DNA of 64,000 nucleotides from Eledone cirrhosa (taxonomy: Eukaryota). The translations under genes and the position numbers were made by a program. The notes below the pieces were generated by a model. That model searched no databases, was not told where the DNA came from, and saw only the letters and a program-made list of their open reading frames with translations. Positions within the stretch are counted from its first letter, which is position 1, and every line of letters begins with the position of its first letter. Below are positions 38,945 through 51,500 of this stretch, piece after piece. The stretch lies in contig OZ024744.1 in NCBI GenBank assembly GCA_964016885.1, forward strand, positions 75,888,001 through 75,952,000. Reading direction: 5' to 3'.

Positions 38945-41900
38945 GTTCTTTGAGTCTCAGTCATTGATGTTATTTAACTGGAAAGTTTGTTGAAATGAAT
39001 ATCAAGCCGCTACCTGCAGCCTCAGATATTCAGGACGTATCGAAGTGTTCTTGCTGTTCCCGGCAAGCATACCTTTTGAAGTGTTCCGAAAAGCGGGGCT
39101 GGACTAATCTTCTTTAACCATCCTTGGAAACGCTTTGAGATTAGTACCTAGTGCGCCTATGACAATCGGGACGACCTTGACTTCATAGCAGTTCCAAATC
39201 CCTTTTTTACCTCCCACTTTAAATCCTGGTATCGGTTAATTTTCTCCCTCTCCTTTTCCTGCACTCTTGTGTCGAATGGGCAGGCTACATCTACAATCAG
39301 GCACGATCTTTTTTCCTTGTCCAAAACCACCAGGTCGGGCCTTTTGTGTTCTAATATCTTGTCCGTCTGTATCCTATAAATCCCATAGCACCTTCACCTG
39401 ATCGTTTTCTATCACCGACTCTGGCTTATGCTCATACCACTTCTCAGAATGTGGTAAATTGTTTACTTTGCATAGGTGCCAATGGATCACCCTGCCCATC
39501 ATGTCATGTCTCTAGCCTTTATAGTGAGTCTGGGCTATGTGTTTACACTCGGATACAATGTGAGCCACAGTCTCCTCTCTCTCTCCACAGATCCTGCACA
39601 GTGGGCTAGCCTCCTCCTTGCAAATATGGTGTTTCACCAACTTCGTTCTGTGGGCTTGCTCTTGCGTAGCCATTAGCATTCCTTCTGTAGCTTTTTTAAG
39701 GTCTCCTCTTTTTAACCAGTTCCATGTCTGTGGATCTCTAAATTCAGTTTTCCTAAAGAAGGTACTATGAAGGGATTTTTCATGATGGTTGCTCTTCCTC
39801 CTTGCTGTTATTTCCTCTTTGGACATCCCCTGGTCTATTGTCCTCTCCTTCAGTACAATTCTGAGCATTGGCTCCCTACTGTCAGTCACGTATTTGTGTA
39901 GGTTGTTTTTCTCCATCTGAACACAGTCCTCTATGCTGATAAGACCCCTTCTACCTTCAGATCTCTTTAAGTAGAGTCTATCGACATTACTCCTCTTGTG
40001 GAACATGTTGTAGATAGTCAATAGCTTCCTAGTCTTCCTATCCATTTCTTTTTGTTCAGCAACATTCCATCTCAGAATTCCGGCACTGTACCTAATAATA
40101 GACACAGCTCGGGAATTCACTGCACTTATGACATTCCTACTATTTAGATGTGATTTTAATACGCTCCTTATTCTCCTATTGTACTCAGATCTTATCAATT
40201 CCTTCATTTTTTGGTTCTTGATGTCATCTGCCTCCTCCAGAACACTCAAATATTTGTATCCTTGTTCAGTGTCAATTTCCTTTATCATCTCACCTGTTGG
40301 TACCTGGATTCCGTTGCTTCTGCTCAATTTACCCACTTCATCACTAGGATTCCACACTTATTAATACCAAATTCCATACATATATCATTGCTGAAAATAC
40401 GGACAGTGTCAACAAGTACACCCAAATCCTTCTCACTCTTCCCAAAGAGTTTAAGATCGTCCATGAAGAGGAGGTGGTTGATGGTAAGCTCTCCCTTTCC
40501 CAACTTGTATCCTGCTCTCACTTTTCGCAATATAAAGGTCAGGGGTATCAGGGCAAGGACAAACAGTAGAGGGGACAAACTATCTCCCTGGAAGATATCT
40601 CTCTTGATCTTCACGCCTTCCAAGGATTCTCCACCCGATGTTAACTCTGTTTCCCAGGACTTCATATTCTTGCTCAACAAATGTCTGATATTATCTGCCA
40701 TCTTGAAGATCTCTGGGCTTTTCGTTATCCAAGAATGAGGTACCATGTCGAATGCCTTTTTGTAATCTATCCATCCCATGGCAAGAGCAGAGTGTCTCTT
40801 CTTGCAATTCCTCATTACCATCTTATCAATAAGTAAATGGTCTTTTGTACCAAGGGACTTCTTTCGGCATCCTTTCTGTTCATCCGGCAACAAGTTGTTT
40901 ATGTGGAGGTTATGGTAGATTTCCTCAGACACAATGCTTGCTAACAGTTTCCACATTACAGACAGACATGTGATAGGTCTATAGTTGGTAACATCATTAC
41001 CCTTGATTCGGTCTTTCATTACCAGAACTGTGGTACCTTTTTTCAACCACTCTAGTACCTCACCCGACATCAAGCAGTCATTACACATGGTTGTCAGTTT
41101 CGGGTGGAGGGATGTTATATTTTTAATCCAATACCCCTGCACACCATCTGGGCCTTGTGATTTTCAGTTGGTTAGTCTTTTGGCCTGCCCTTTAAGAGTT
41201 TCAACTGTGATACTCAAATTAGTTTGTTGGTGTGCTTGTTCACTAATCTCCTTTTGAACTGTCTCAATCCACGCTACCTGACTATTATGTTCAACATCCT
41301 GCTCCTATATTCCTCTCTACAATGTATTAGTCTGTTTCGCCTCAGGGATCACGTCGTTGCCTCTTTCTTTCGCTTCAAGCTGTCCAAACAACATCTTCTG
41401 GTTGTTGTCAAACATGCGGTTTTGTCTATACTGACTGACTCTGCTCTCATATCGCCTAATCTTTGCACTTTTTGCTACAATGCGTTGCTTCAGTTCCTCT
41501 ATGATAATACTTAGCTATTTCCCCCTAGTTTTGTATTTTATTTCCAATCTATCTTTAGTGTCTATGTTTTGTAATGTCCCATTCTGTAAGGACTGAAGCT
41601 TTCCAATGTATTTTCTCATTTCCTAGATTTGACCATTCAGTCGTTTCTTCCACGAAGGTTCTGATCTTTCTTGTTTGTTGTTTCCTTTCGTTTTTATGCC
41701 AAGTAATTTCGTCACCGCATTTGCTGTTACTTTGAGGATATTGTTGCATTGGTGAAGGTTCCTCGTCTCAAGGTATGGGATGACTTTACCTTAGCTGTTG
41801 TTTCTTTTAACTTTTTCCTGTCTACAAATCTTAGGTTCATAGGTTTTCCACTATCATTATTCATTTCATCTACCACTAACTATAGGACATCAACCAAATC

Positions 41901-42235
41901 TTGTCCTAGCCCGTCAGCATTCATTTCCTCAATGGTCGTATCTTTGTTCCAGATGTTATTTATTTCAGCATTCAGATCATTGTCTGCTTCGGATGCTTCC
42001 TCGGGTCTCTCAACCTCTTCACCTTCATTTCGAACTGGCTCGTTTGCCTGACATACTCCACTCTCCATTACCAACTTAATCTTTCTACTCATTTCCTCCA
42101 GTTCCACCCATTAGTTCTTATTACCAGAGCCTGCCCGGCCAATTTTTGTTCATCTAATTTAAATAGACCAATCTCGTTCCAGATGTTATGCATCCGTTTC
42201 CTTTAGCCTTTTTCCTTGGGGTTAATCTTCAGGTA

Positions 42236-42237
<2 letters not shown>
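38945..42237 (-). mobile_element. R4/Dong-like non-LTR retrotransposon (RT, CCHC, RLE), degraded, flanked by (TAA)n
   Basis: NYRPITCL, IDYKKAFDMVPH, IFQGDSLSPLLF, HLLFMDDLKL, CRICGEREETVAHIVSEC, RPDLVV..IVDVACPFD. Confidence 0.9.
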
Positions 42238-42273
<36 letters not shown>

Positions 42274-42276
42274 CAT

Positions 42277-42464
42277 TGGGTGGTGGATTGGCAGTATCGG
42301 TAGAGGGTCGGACGCCATGCTTTGACGCATTGAGTTACGGCCCTTGCCATTCTGAGTTCAAATCCCGCCGAGGTTAACTTTGCCTTTTATCCTTACGGGG
42401 TCGATAAAATAAAGTACCAGTAATACACTGGTTAATTGCTGGCCTTGTAGCTAACGTAGAAACA

Positions 42465-42515
<51 letters not shown>
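42277..42515 (+). mobile_element. tRNA-derived SINE (Nin/Deu-like domain) with (TTA)n tail
   Basis: A box TGGCAGTATCGG, B box GAGTTCAAATCCC, GGGGTCGATAAAATAAAGTACC. Confidence 0.8.
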
Positions 42516-42730
42516 GAATGCTATGGTTGACGGAGGCTCGGCTCTGTAAGGTATTGTATATTTTGACCGCTATAACAATTGTAAATTGTTTAAAACTTTA
42601 ACCAACTTGTAGACAAAAACACCCTCCTCCTCGTGAGAGGGGTCTTTCTGCCCGTTATTTGGCCCTTCGGGGTTAAATAACCGCCTATTGGGGTTTTGTG
42701 CCCAATATTTATTTTAAACAAAAAAACAAC

Positions 42731-44855
42731 ATGGCTACGAAAAATAATTTTCATAGGTCACTCCCACTCATTCCGTCTTCTTCTTCCTCAATCGTCACTA
42801 CAGCAGAGAGAAGATTGTCCCTCTCCCTCCCTTCTCTAAATGTGTCTCTCTCCCTCCCTTCTCTTTCGCAAGCGACGCCAGAAAAGAAAAATCACGTGCA
42901 AAGCGAGCAAGATTTCTCCACGACGACGACGACAACGACGAAAAAGGTGTGCGGGAAATACGAAAACCCATTTCATTCGTCTGACCTCAGGAATAATAGC
43001 AGTAGCAGCCGTAATAACAGCAGCAGCAGCAACAGTGACTAGGAAAACAACAGTAGCAGCCGCAACAGCATCAGCATCAGCATAAACAACAACAGCATTA
43101 GCAGCAACAACAACAGCAGCAGCAGCACCAGCAGCAACAACAACAACAACCACAGCAACAGCGGCGGCGGCAGTAGTCGTAGTACCTGCAGCAACAACAA
43201 CAGTAACAGCAGCTCTGACGACAACAACAACCACAACAGCAGCAAAGAAAAATCAATCTCGTTTGCAGGTATCGCAAAGAACCTGGAAACCATCCTCATA
43301 ACAAATGAGGAATTAGAGGAAGCGAAGAAGATGGTGACAAAAACTGGACACCGAGCAACCTGCAAGGCAGTGGAACATTTTTTCGAAACCCAACAGCACT
43401 GTACGGTCACGTACCGTACAGTAAGTACAAAATCCCGTAGGGTTGAAAGATCCACAGAGGCTCAAATACAAAAAGCCCTGGGGTCTGTGTGGCAGCGGAA
43501 AACGCACATCACCCGAGGCAAGAAATATGCCACCGTAGACGTACTTTTTGCCACACCCCAGGAGGCAAAGGCTCAATCCTTAGTGACCCTAAGGAGCGAG
43601 GAAATGGTGTTGATGCCCTCCTACTGCGGGCAAAAATTGTGAAGGTCAAACTGACCCCCCCCCCCCGGGATGGCCCCTTCTTGGCTGGCCGCGTCTGACT
43701 CGTCGGAATCGAGGACAAAACAACTGTACTGCAAGTACAGAAAAAAGTAAGAGAAGATTGGGTCGGCACTTCCATTGAGATGTTAATCCAAACCAACCAG
43801 GAGTGCATCGAAGCTATCCCGGATGTGATAGACTTCGATAACGGCACTCAACTGCCCATAAGTGTTGAGGGCAAACGCCCGAAATGCTTTCGCTGTGGAT
43901 CGAAGACTCACCTCAGGGCCTTCTGCAACGAGAAGACCCTGAGAAAGGAGAAAACCCCCCTCCTTCCGAAACCGGCTCCACGGCTACCAGCAACAGGACA
44001 AGCGGCAACCAGGAACGATAGGTCCGTGGCACCCATACCCACGCCACGGAAATCAAAAACAGCAGCAGCAGTGGAAGTATTAACAACAACAACAGCAATA
44101 ACAAATGCAGCTGCAACAGAGACTCCAGTGCAAACATCACCAACAACAACAAGTGAAAGAGTGGAGCTGGTACCCCTCCCCGACCTCACAGAATCAGACA
44201 TGGAGTGTGAGGTGGGAGAGGGATGGCAAAAGGTCGTAAGAAGGCACAAACGCAGAGCAGCGCATCGTCGCCTTTGAAAAGGGAGGAGAGAAATGAAAAA
44301 AGGGTAAAGGCTATTGCAAAGAGACTCACAGCAGCAACACCACCAACACCACCACCACCCACACTAGCACCACCATCACCACCGGCGACAACCCAACCGC
44401 CAACAACACCTTCAACACCACCACCACAAGCACCAACATCGCAAACACAACAAAACACACACACCCAGCAACAACGACAAGAAAATAGCAGAACCACACC
44501 CCACCCCCAGAAAAACAAATGCACAGCAATAAATACACACAACAGAGAAACTAATGACTTACATAATTGAACACACAGACATTTCACAACACGACTACCA
44601 GCACCAATCAAAACGCCAACTAACATAAGACTGCTAAGAATAGCACAGAAACAATACCCAAACATTAAAACGAAATTCCCCAACGCTGTTGGTGATTTCA
44701 GAGACCTAGGAGGGACACTCAACGGAAGAGTATATTCGGACATACTCATAGAAGAGCCGACGCCCAGCCGAAGGGACGATTCAACGGTTCCTTCACCAGA
44801 CGATCAAGTGAAAAGTGATGGAAAAACCATCCTTCCTCTACGAAAAGTACGGTAA
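42731..44855 (+). pseudogene. Tx1 ORF1 type B, frameshifted
   Basis: Protein similar to type A (KSRRVERSTEAQIQKALG, TVDV.F.TP) but divergent. Confidence 0.8.
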
Positions 44856-44889
44856 GTGGTCTTTCCCATCTTTCCACTCTATTTTAAAC

Positions 44890-47800
44890 ATGACCTCACT
44901 CAGAATAGGCAGCATAAATGCGCGTGGCTTGGGGTCGTCATGGAAGCAGGGTCACCTGCTCAACGACCTCAGGTCACTAAACATAAATGTGGTGGCCATC
45001 AGCGAGACCAGAATCTCCGAAGCACGGGCCTTCGCACCGATCTTCGGCGGCTACGATGTGTACGCATCTCCCAGCCCTCCTGGATCGGGGGTGGGGTGGG
45101 AGTTGCTGTGCTTTTTCGGAGAGATTTGGATCTTCCTAGACCCAGAGGGTAAGTTGGTGGTGCTGGACGTGACCAGCGGAGATGGGCAAGCTTTCAGGCT
45201 AGTGGCCGTCTATGCCCCGACAGGAGCAGGGCGGCCTGATTTCTTCCGGCGTCTGGAGAACTTTCTTGGAACGTCCCGCTCTTTAGTGTTAGTGGGCGAC
45301 TGGAACGGGATCTTAGATGCACGCTGGGACTGTGTGGGATTAGAGGATAGGGGTGGAGGGTGCAAGAGCCTCACCAACCTGCTTAGGCGTTTTGAACTGT
45401 CTGACAGGTACCGATTGGATTTCCCGAATGTGCCAATGTGGACTTGGACAAATCGCATAGGGGTCATCCAGATCATATCTAGATAGAGTATTTTGTAGGG
45501 AAATAGATAGGTCTAGCATAGGCTGTCCACAATTCAAGATAGTCAGCTACACGGGCCACAAATTCGTGATCTGTGTGCTTGACTTAGATAGGCTTCATAG
45601 ACGAGGACCCGGCTACTGGAAGCTAAACGCGTCCTTACCAGCGCGCAAGGCCTACAGAGACCGGATTAGCGAACTAGTTTAGCGGGCGTTGACGGGGGCC
45701 ATCGTCAACAACAAGTAGTGGTTTGCTCTGAAAAGAGCGATTAGAATAGAATCCATTAGGTTTAGTAAGGCTTTAGCAAGAGAGAAAAATAGAGCAGAGG
45801 GTGAACTAGTTAAAAAATTAGACGAGGCGCTTAGCAAAGGCATCGCGACCGACGTACTTGCGGCGAAATTGGCCCTTGACCAATTCTTCAATGCAAAGCA
45901 CGAAGGCTGCGTTGTCAGAGCTAGGGTGCGTGCTCTCAGACACGAGGGGACGAAAGCCGTTCAATGGGCCCGAGTGGCGGAGGCGCGTCGTGGCAACAAA
46001 GCCACGATCCGGTCTTTGGTGGACCACGACGGGCGCATGCTACTCGATCCCGGGCAAATGTGTGAAGCTTTTCAGCGACACTTCTCTCAGCTGTTAGGGG
46101 GCAGCGGTGGGCCGGGTTGAGGGATGGACTTTAGTGTCTACCTCGACGGACAGCTGCGGCTCTCGGCCACTGAGGCGGAGTGGTGCGAAAAGCCGATAAC
46201 AGCCGCTGAAGTACGGGAGGCAATGACTGGCTGCACAAGGGGTAAATCGCCTGGTTTGGATGGTCTGCCCTATGAACTTTACGTACAGATGCCAGACTTG
46301 TTCGGAGGCCTCTTGGCGGACGTCTACTGCAACTGGCAACAGAACGGAAGAATTCCCAGTTCTGTGAGCCGAGGAGCAGTGGAACTGCTGAGAAAGGATC
46401 CGAACAAGGGGGATAACATAGATAATTTCAGGCCCATAACTCTGCTAAACACAGAGTTCAAGATTTTGGCCAAGGTGCTATCAAAGAGGTTGGCGCTTGT
46501 CGTTGGTGGTCTGGTAGGAAAGGCGCAGACATGCGCTATTCCCGACAGATCCATCCACGACAACCTCCACCTCATGCGATACATCGTAGAGAGTGTAGCT
46601 AGGGAACCTGGCACGGGTGGGTCTTTGATCAATTTAGATCAGTCGAAAACTTTCCATAGGTTCGACCATCGTTACCTAGCGGCAGTCCTGAGGGTGGCTG
46701 GCTTTGGGCCAGTCTTCAGAAGCTGGATCGCTGCTATGCACAGCGACATCTGCTCTGTGGTGAGAGTGAACGGTCACCTTTCGGAACCGTTCAACATCAT
46801 GCGCTCGGGCCGCCAAGGATGTCCCCTCTCGTCCCTATTGTACCTATTGACTCTCGAGCCATTACTGCACAAACTGGAGACGTTGATGGGCGTCCCGCGC
46901 GAACTAGGATGCGGAAGATCCGTGTCAGCATATGCGGACGATGTCACCGTAGTGGTGTCGAACGCCAAACACATCGAGGCGATCGGCACTACACTAAGAG
47001 AATACGAAGCGGTGACAGGAGCAATGATCAACCAGGAAAAGTCAGTGGGCCTGCAGCTCGGCACCTGGAGAGGCAGGTCCATGCCATCCAACAGCGTCGT
47101 CGGGTGCTGGACGGACGAAGCGGTTAAATTGCTAGGGGTCTGGTTCGGTCCGCCAGACGGACAAAAACTGGGACGAGGTGACGAGCAGGGTGGCTTCTCT
47201 CACCCAGAAATGGGCGGAGAGGAAGCTATCCCTGAAAGATCGAGCGGCGGTGGATAACGCGTACATCGTGTATGTCATCTGCTACCGCTTGACCGTCGTA
47301 CCTTGTCCGAAGCCCCGCCTGACTGCGCTGGAGCGTTTGCTCTTTCGGTTTTTGTGGAAGGGATGCGCTCCGATGGTCAGGCGGTCCATCTGCTGTCAAC
47401 ACCCGCTACCTGGTGGGCTGGGCATGCCGTGGCTGATGATGCGCAGACACGCGCTCAGGCTACGACATCTCCACCTCTTCCTCGACGGTGATCAGGTGTG
47501 GTCGCCGTTTGCTAGACACGTTTTTCCCCAGCTCGTTTCCTTGACGGAGCTGCAGTCCTGGGTCAAGCGAAGACCGAGAGGGAGCGCCTGGAGACTGGAA
47601 TGTCTTCAGGCGCTCACAGCCCTCGACCAATCGGGCAATGTGATCGGTAGAAACTCTACCTCGGCGTTCTATAGAGGATTAGTGGAGGGGAAGAGCGACG
47701 ACGTACTTGGGGAAACTCTAGGCGTCGACGAAAATCAACTAGCCAATCTCTTTGGAAGAACTTTCGGGCCGGGACCTATGGACAACTTCCAGAAATCTCT

Positions 47801-48293
47801 GGCCTGGCAGTGCTACCGAGGAGCCTTGCCAGTTCGGCATAAACTCTACAGGCATGGAGGTGCCGTCAGCCGGACATGTCCGAGATGCGCGCAGGGCGAC
47901 GAAACCGTCCTGCACGCACTCGTCCAGTGTCCGAAAATTGCTGACTTGTGGGTTTATGTCGAACACCTGCTGTCGCGTGTAGGACGGATCCGGCTATCAT
48001 CTGAGTCCATCGTGAGGATTGCCCCGCCCTCCTCCTTTAGCCTGGAGGGGCAGGCAGATTTTATCTGTCTGGTGGCCATGGCCAAAGAGATAGTATGGTG
48101 GACACGTTTGAAAGGGCTGAAGACGAGCACTTACCTCTTCGGTGATGCCCTGATTAACTTTTTCAAATTTCATTTGAAAAGGAAAATCAGGGTAGAGAGG
48201 GAAGTGCACTCTTCCCAGCATTTTGTTGAAAGATGGGTGAGAGAAGCAAGAATGGCCCGAGTGAATGGGCCTACTCTGAGTACGTATCTGTAA
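44890..48293 (+). pseudogene. Tx1 ORF2 copy 3 (APE-RT-zf), disrupted
   Basis: ORF fragments 44815-45486, 46124-47257, 47178-48293. Confidence 0.9.
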
Positions 48294-48567
48294 ATTAAAG
48301 GTGGAAAACTGGGAGAGGGCACTTGCCTTGGTGGTCAGGGTCACTGTGGCCTTTTACTGGGCTTTCTCCACAAATGTCCCTCCGAAGTCTCCCCCCTATT
48401 GGGGAATTTTTCATTGTTATTTTTTTGTTACATCCTCTGTTTTTGTTTTTTCACGCAGAAATGCCAATTTGTACTGTCCTGTATTGTCCTGCACTGTCCT
48501 TAATGTCTACTTTGTGTAAACCCTTGTGGTTAATAAAGAAAGCATTATTATTATTATTATTATTATT

Positions 48568-51500
48568 GGCGACCTACCTAGGAAATCGTATTATCGTGAG
48601 ATCCGCAAAGGTTTGTTGTTTTCAGTTGTTTCAAATTGCCTGTTATGGAAAATTTTTGTTGTTAAGTGTTTATAAGTTCACATATATTGCTTTCTGAAAA
48701 GGACACAAAACAACAAAAAAAGAAATTATTATTTTGTGACATCGGAATGGATTCATCCAGAATCGACTCTTCCACGCCGAACACCACTGACACCACCACC
48801 ACCTCCACCACAGCTGAAACTATAAATAACAATAACAACAACAGCAACAACAAAACAACAATCATAATAACAACAACAACATCAACACCACCGCAAAACA
48901 AAATGTGTCGTTTGCCAAAGCAGCCAAGAAAAGCGAAACAATCGAGGTAAGCCAGGATGAATTAAATGAAGCCAAGTGAATGGTAAAAAAAGCTGCGTAC
49001 AGGGTCAGCCCCCCCACACACACCTAATAAAATGGAGCATCGGCGCCTATGCACCGTGTCATATCGGATTATAAACACAAAATCACGCCGAGTGGAACGG
49101 GCATCCGAGTCGCGAATACAAAAAGCTTTGGGACATGTGTGGGGAAAAAACCCCACATCAGACGTGGGCAGAAATGTGGAACTGTGGACGTGTTCTTTGA
49201 AACACCACAGGAAGCCAGAGAGCACTCCATGGCCCGATTAAGAAGTGACGACTTCACACGTCCCAAGCTATTGTGGTCAGAGTCTCGTGTAGATCAGGGT
49301 GACCCACGTTCCACCGGCCATCGAAATTCCCTGGCTAATGGCTACCGTCCTCGCCGGCATCGAGGCCAATACGAAAATATTGAAGTAACAAAAGAAAAGC
49401 AGGAGAACTGGTCCGGATCTGGGATGGAGCTCCTGATCCAAGCGGACCAAAAAACAGTGAGGAAATTCCAGAGGTGATAGACCTCAATGACGGTAGCCAC
49501 CTCACCGTAATCGTTGAGGGTAGAAGGCCTAGGTGTGTCGTTTGTAGTGAAGGAACCCACCTAAAGTCTTTCTGCCCTCAGGCTAGAAAGTTGAGGCCAC
49601 GTCGCTTGTCCACCCCAGTGACTCAACCATCAACACCACCAGCAGTAGAAATGGCAGCAACAACTGTAGTAGCAACAACAGAAGCAACTGTAGCAGCAAC
49701 AACCCCAGCAACAGTAGCAAAACCACCACTACCACCACCGTGCTAGAATTAGCACCAGCGCCTCCACCAAACTCCACGCCACAACCAAAATCACCGCCTG
49801 TGGAGGATTTTCCACTCCCCGACGTATCGCAACTGGAGACAGATTGTGACGACGAGGAGTGGGAAACTGTATCAGGAAAAAAGAAAAAAAGAAAAAGAAT
49901 CCGAAATGAAGAAATTCTCTTCCTTCACCCTCCAAAAACAAAACACGGGGGGAAACAAATAAACAAACAAACAAAAAAGTTAAGACAGCTATACCACCAT
50001 CTACACCAGCATCACCAACCCCATCACCACAAACACTAACACCATCACCGTGATTAACCCCAACACCATCATCACCTACACCACAAAAGTCACCAAAAAG
50101 CGAAACAAAAACAAACCCACAACAAACGCAAACAAAACAAAACAACCAAAACGATACACACGACACAGCATTACATTTGAACAACAACCAATTACTACAC
50201 TACATCCAACACAACACCAGCATCACAGAAAAAGACTTCACAACACCCCAAACATTCACACCACCTTCACACATACAAAATCACTCACATCACACAGAAA
50301 ACGTACATGACACTAACACAAAAATTCCCCAAAGACATCGGAGACTTCCAACAAAGGACATCCTTCCGGAGGAGGCCACAAGCAGTGAAAAGGATGGAGA
50401 GACCATCCTTCCTCTACGAGAAGGTAAGTGATCTTTCCCTTCTTTCCCACTCGATTTCAACATGACCTCACTCAGAATAGGCAGCATAAATGCGCATGGC
50501 CTGGGGTCGTCATGGAAGCAGGGCCACCTGCTCAACGTCCTCAATCACTAAACATAGATGTCGTGGCCATCAGCGGGACCAGAATCTCCGAAGCACGGGC
50601 CTCCGCACCGATCTTCGGCGGCTACGATGAGTACGCATCTCCCAGCCGTCCTGGATCGGGAGGAGAAGATGCTGTGCTTTTTCGGAGAGGTTTGGATCTC
50701 GCCATACGGGCCATCTTCTTGGACCCAGAAGGTAAGTTGGTGGTGCTGGACGTGACCAGCGGAGACGGGCAGGTTTTCAGGCTAGTGGCCGTCTATGCCC
50801 CGACAGGAGCAGGGCGGCCTGATTTCTTCCGGCGTCTGGAGACCTTTCTTGGAACATCCCGCTCTTTAGTGTTAGTGAGCGACTGTAACGGGATCTTACA
50901 TGCACGCTGAGCTTGTGTGGGATTAGCGGATAGGGGATAAGGGTGCGAGTGCCTCAACAACCTGCTCAAGCGTTTTTAAATGTCTGACAGGTACCGATTG
51001 GATTTCCTGAATGTGCCAATGTGGACTTGGACAAACCGCTTCGGGTCATCCAGATCATATCTAGATAGAGTATTTTGTAGGGAAATAGATAGGTCTAGCA
51101 TAGGCTGTCCACAATTCAAGATAGTCTGCTACACGGACCACAAATAAGTGATCTGTGTGCTTGACTTAGATAGGATTCATAGACAAGGACCCGGCTACTG
51201 GAAGCTAAACACGTCATTAACAGCGCGCAAGGCCTACAGAAACCGGATTAGCGAACTAGTTAAGCAGCGTTGACGGAGGCTATCGTCAACAACAAATGGT
51301 GGTTTGCTCTGAAAAGAGCGATTAGAATAGAGTCCATTAGGTTTAGTAAGGCTTTAACAATAGAGAAAAATAGAGCAGAAGGCGAACTAGTAAGAAAATT
51401 AGACGAGGCGCTTAGCAAAGGCATCGCGACCGACGTATTTGCGGCGAAATTGGCCCTTGACCAATATTTCAATGCAAAGCACGAAGGCTGCGTTGTCAGA

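Larger units (their letters stand above)
42516..48567 (+). mobile_element. Tx1-like copy 3: type B 5' UTR and ORF1 joined to type A ORF2; (TTA)n on both sides
   Basis: ORF1 with CFRCGSKTHLRAFC; sequence from ~44808 matches copy 2. Confidence 0.9.

Noticed and set aside
42277-42370. tRNA gene
   Set aside because: A and B boxes belong to a SINE head; no cloverleaf
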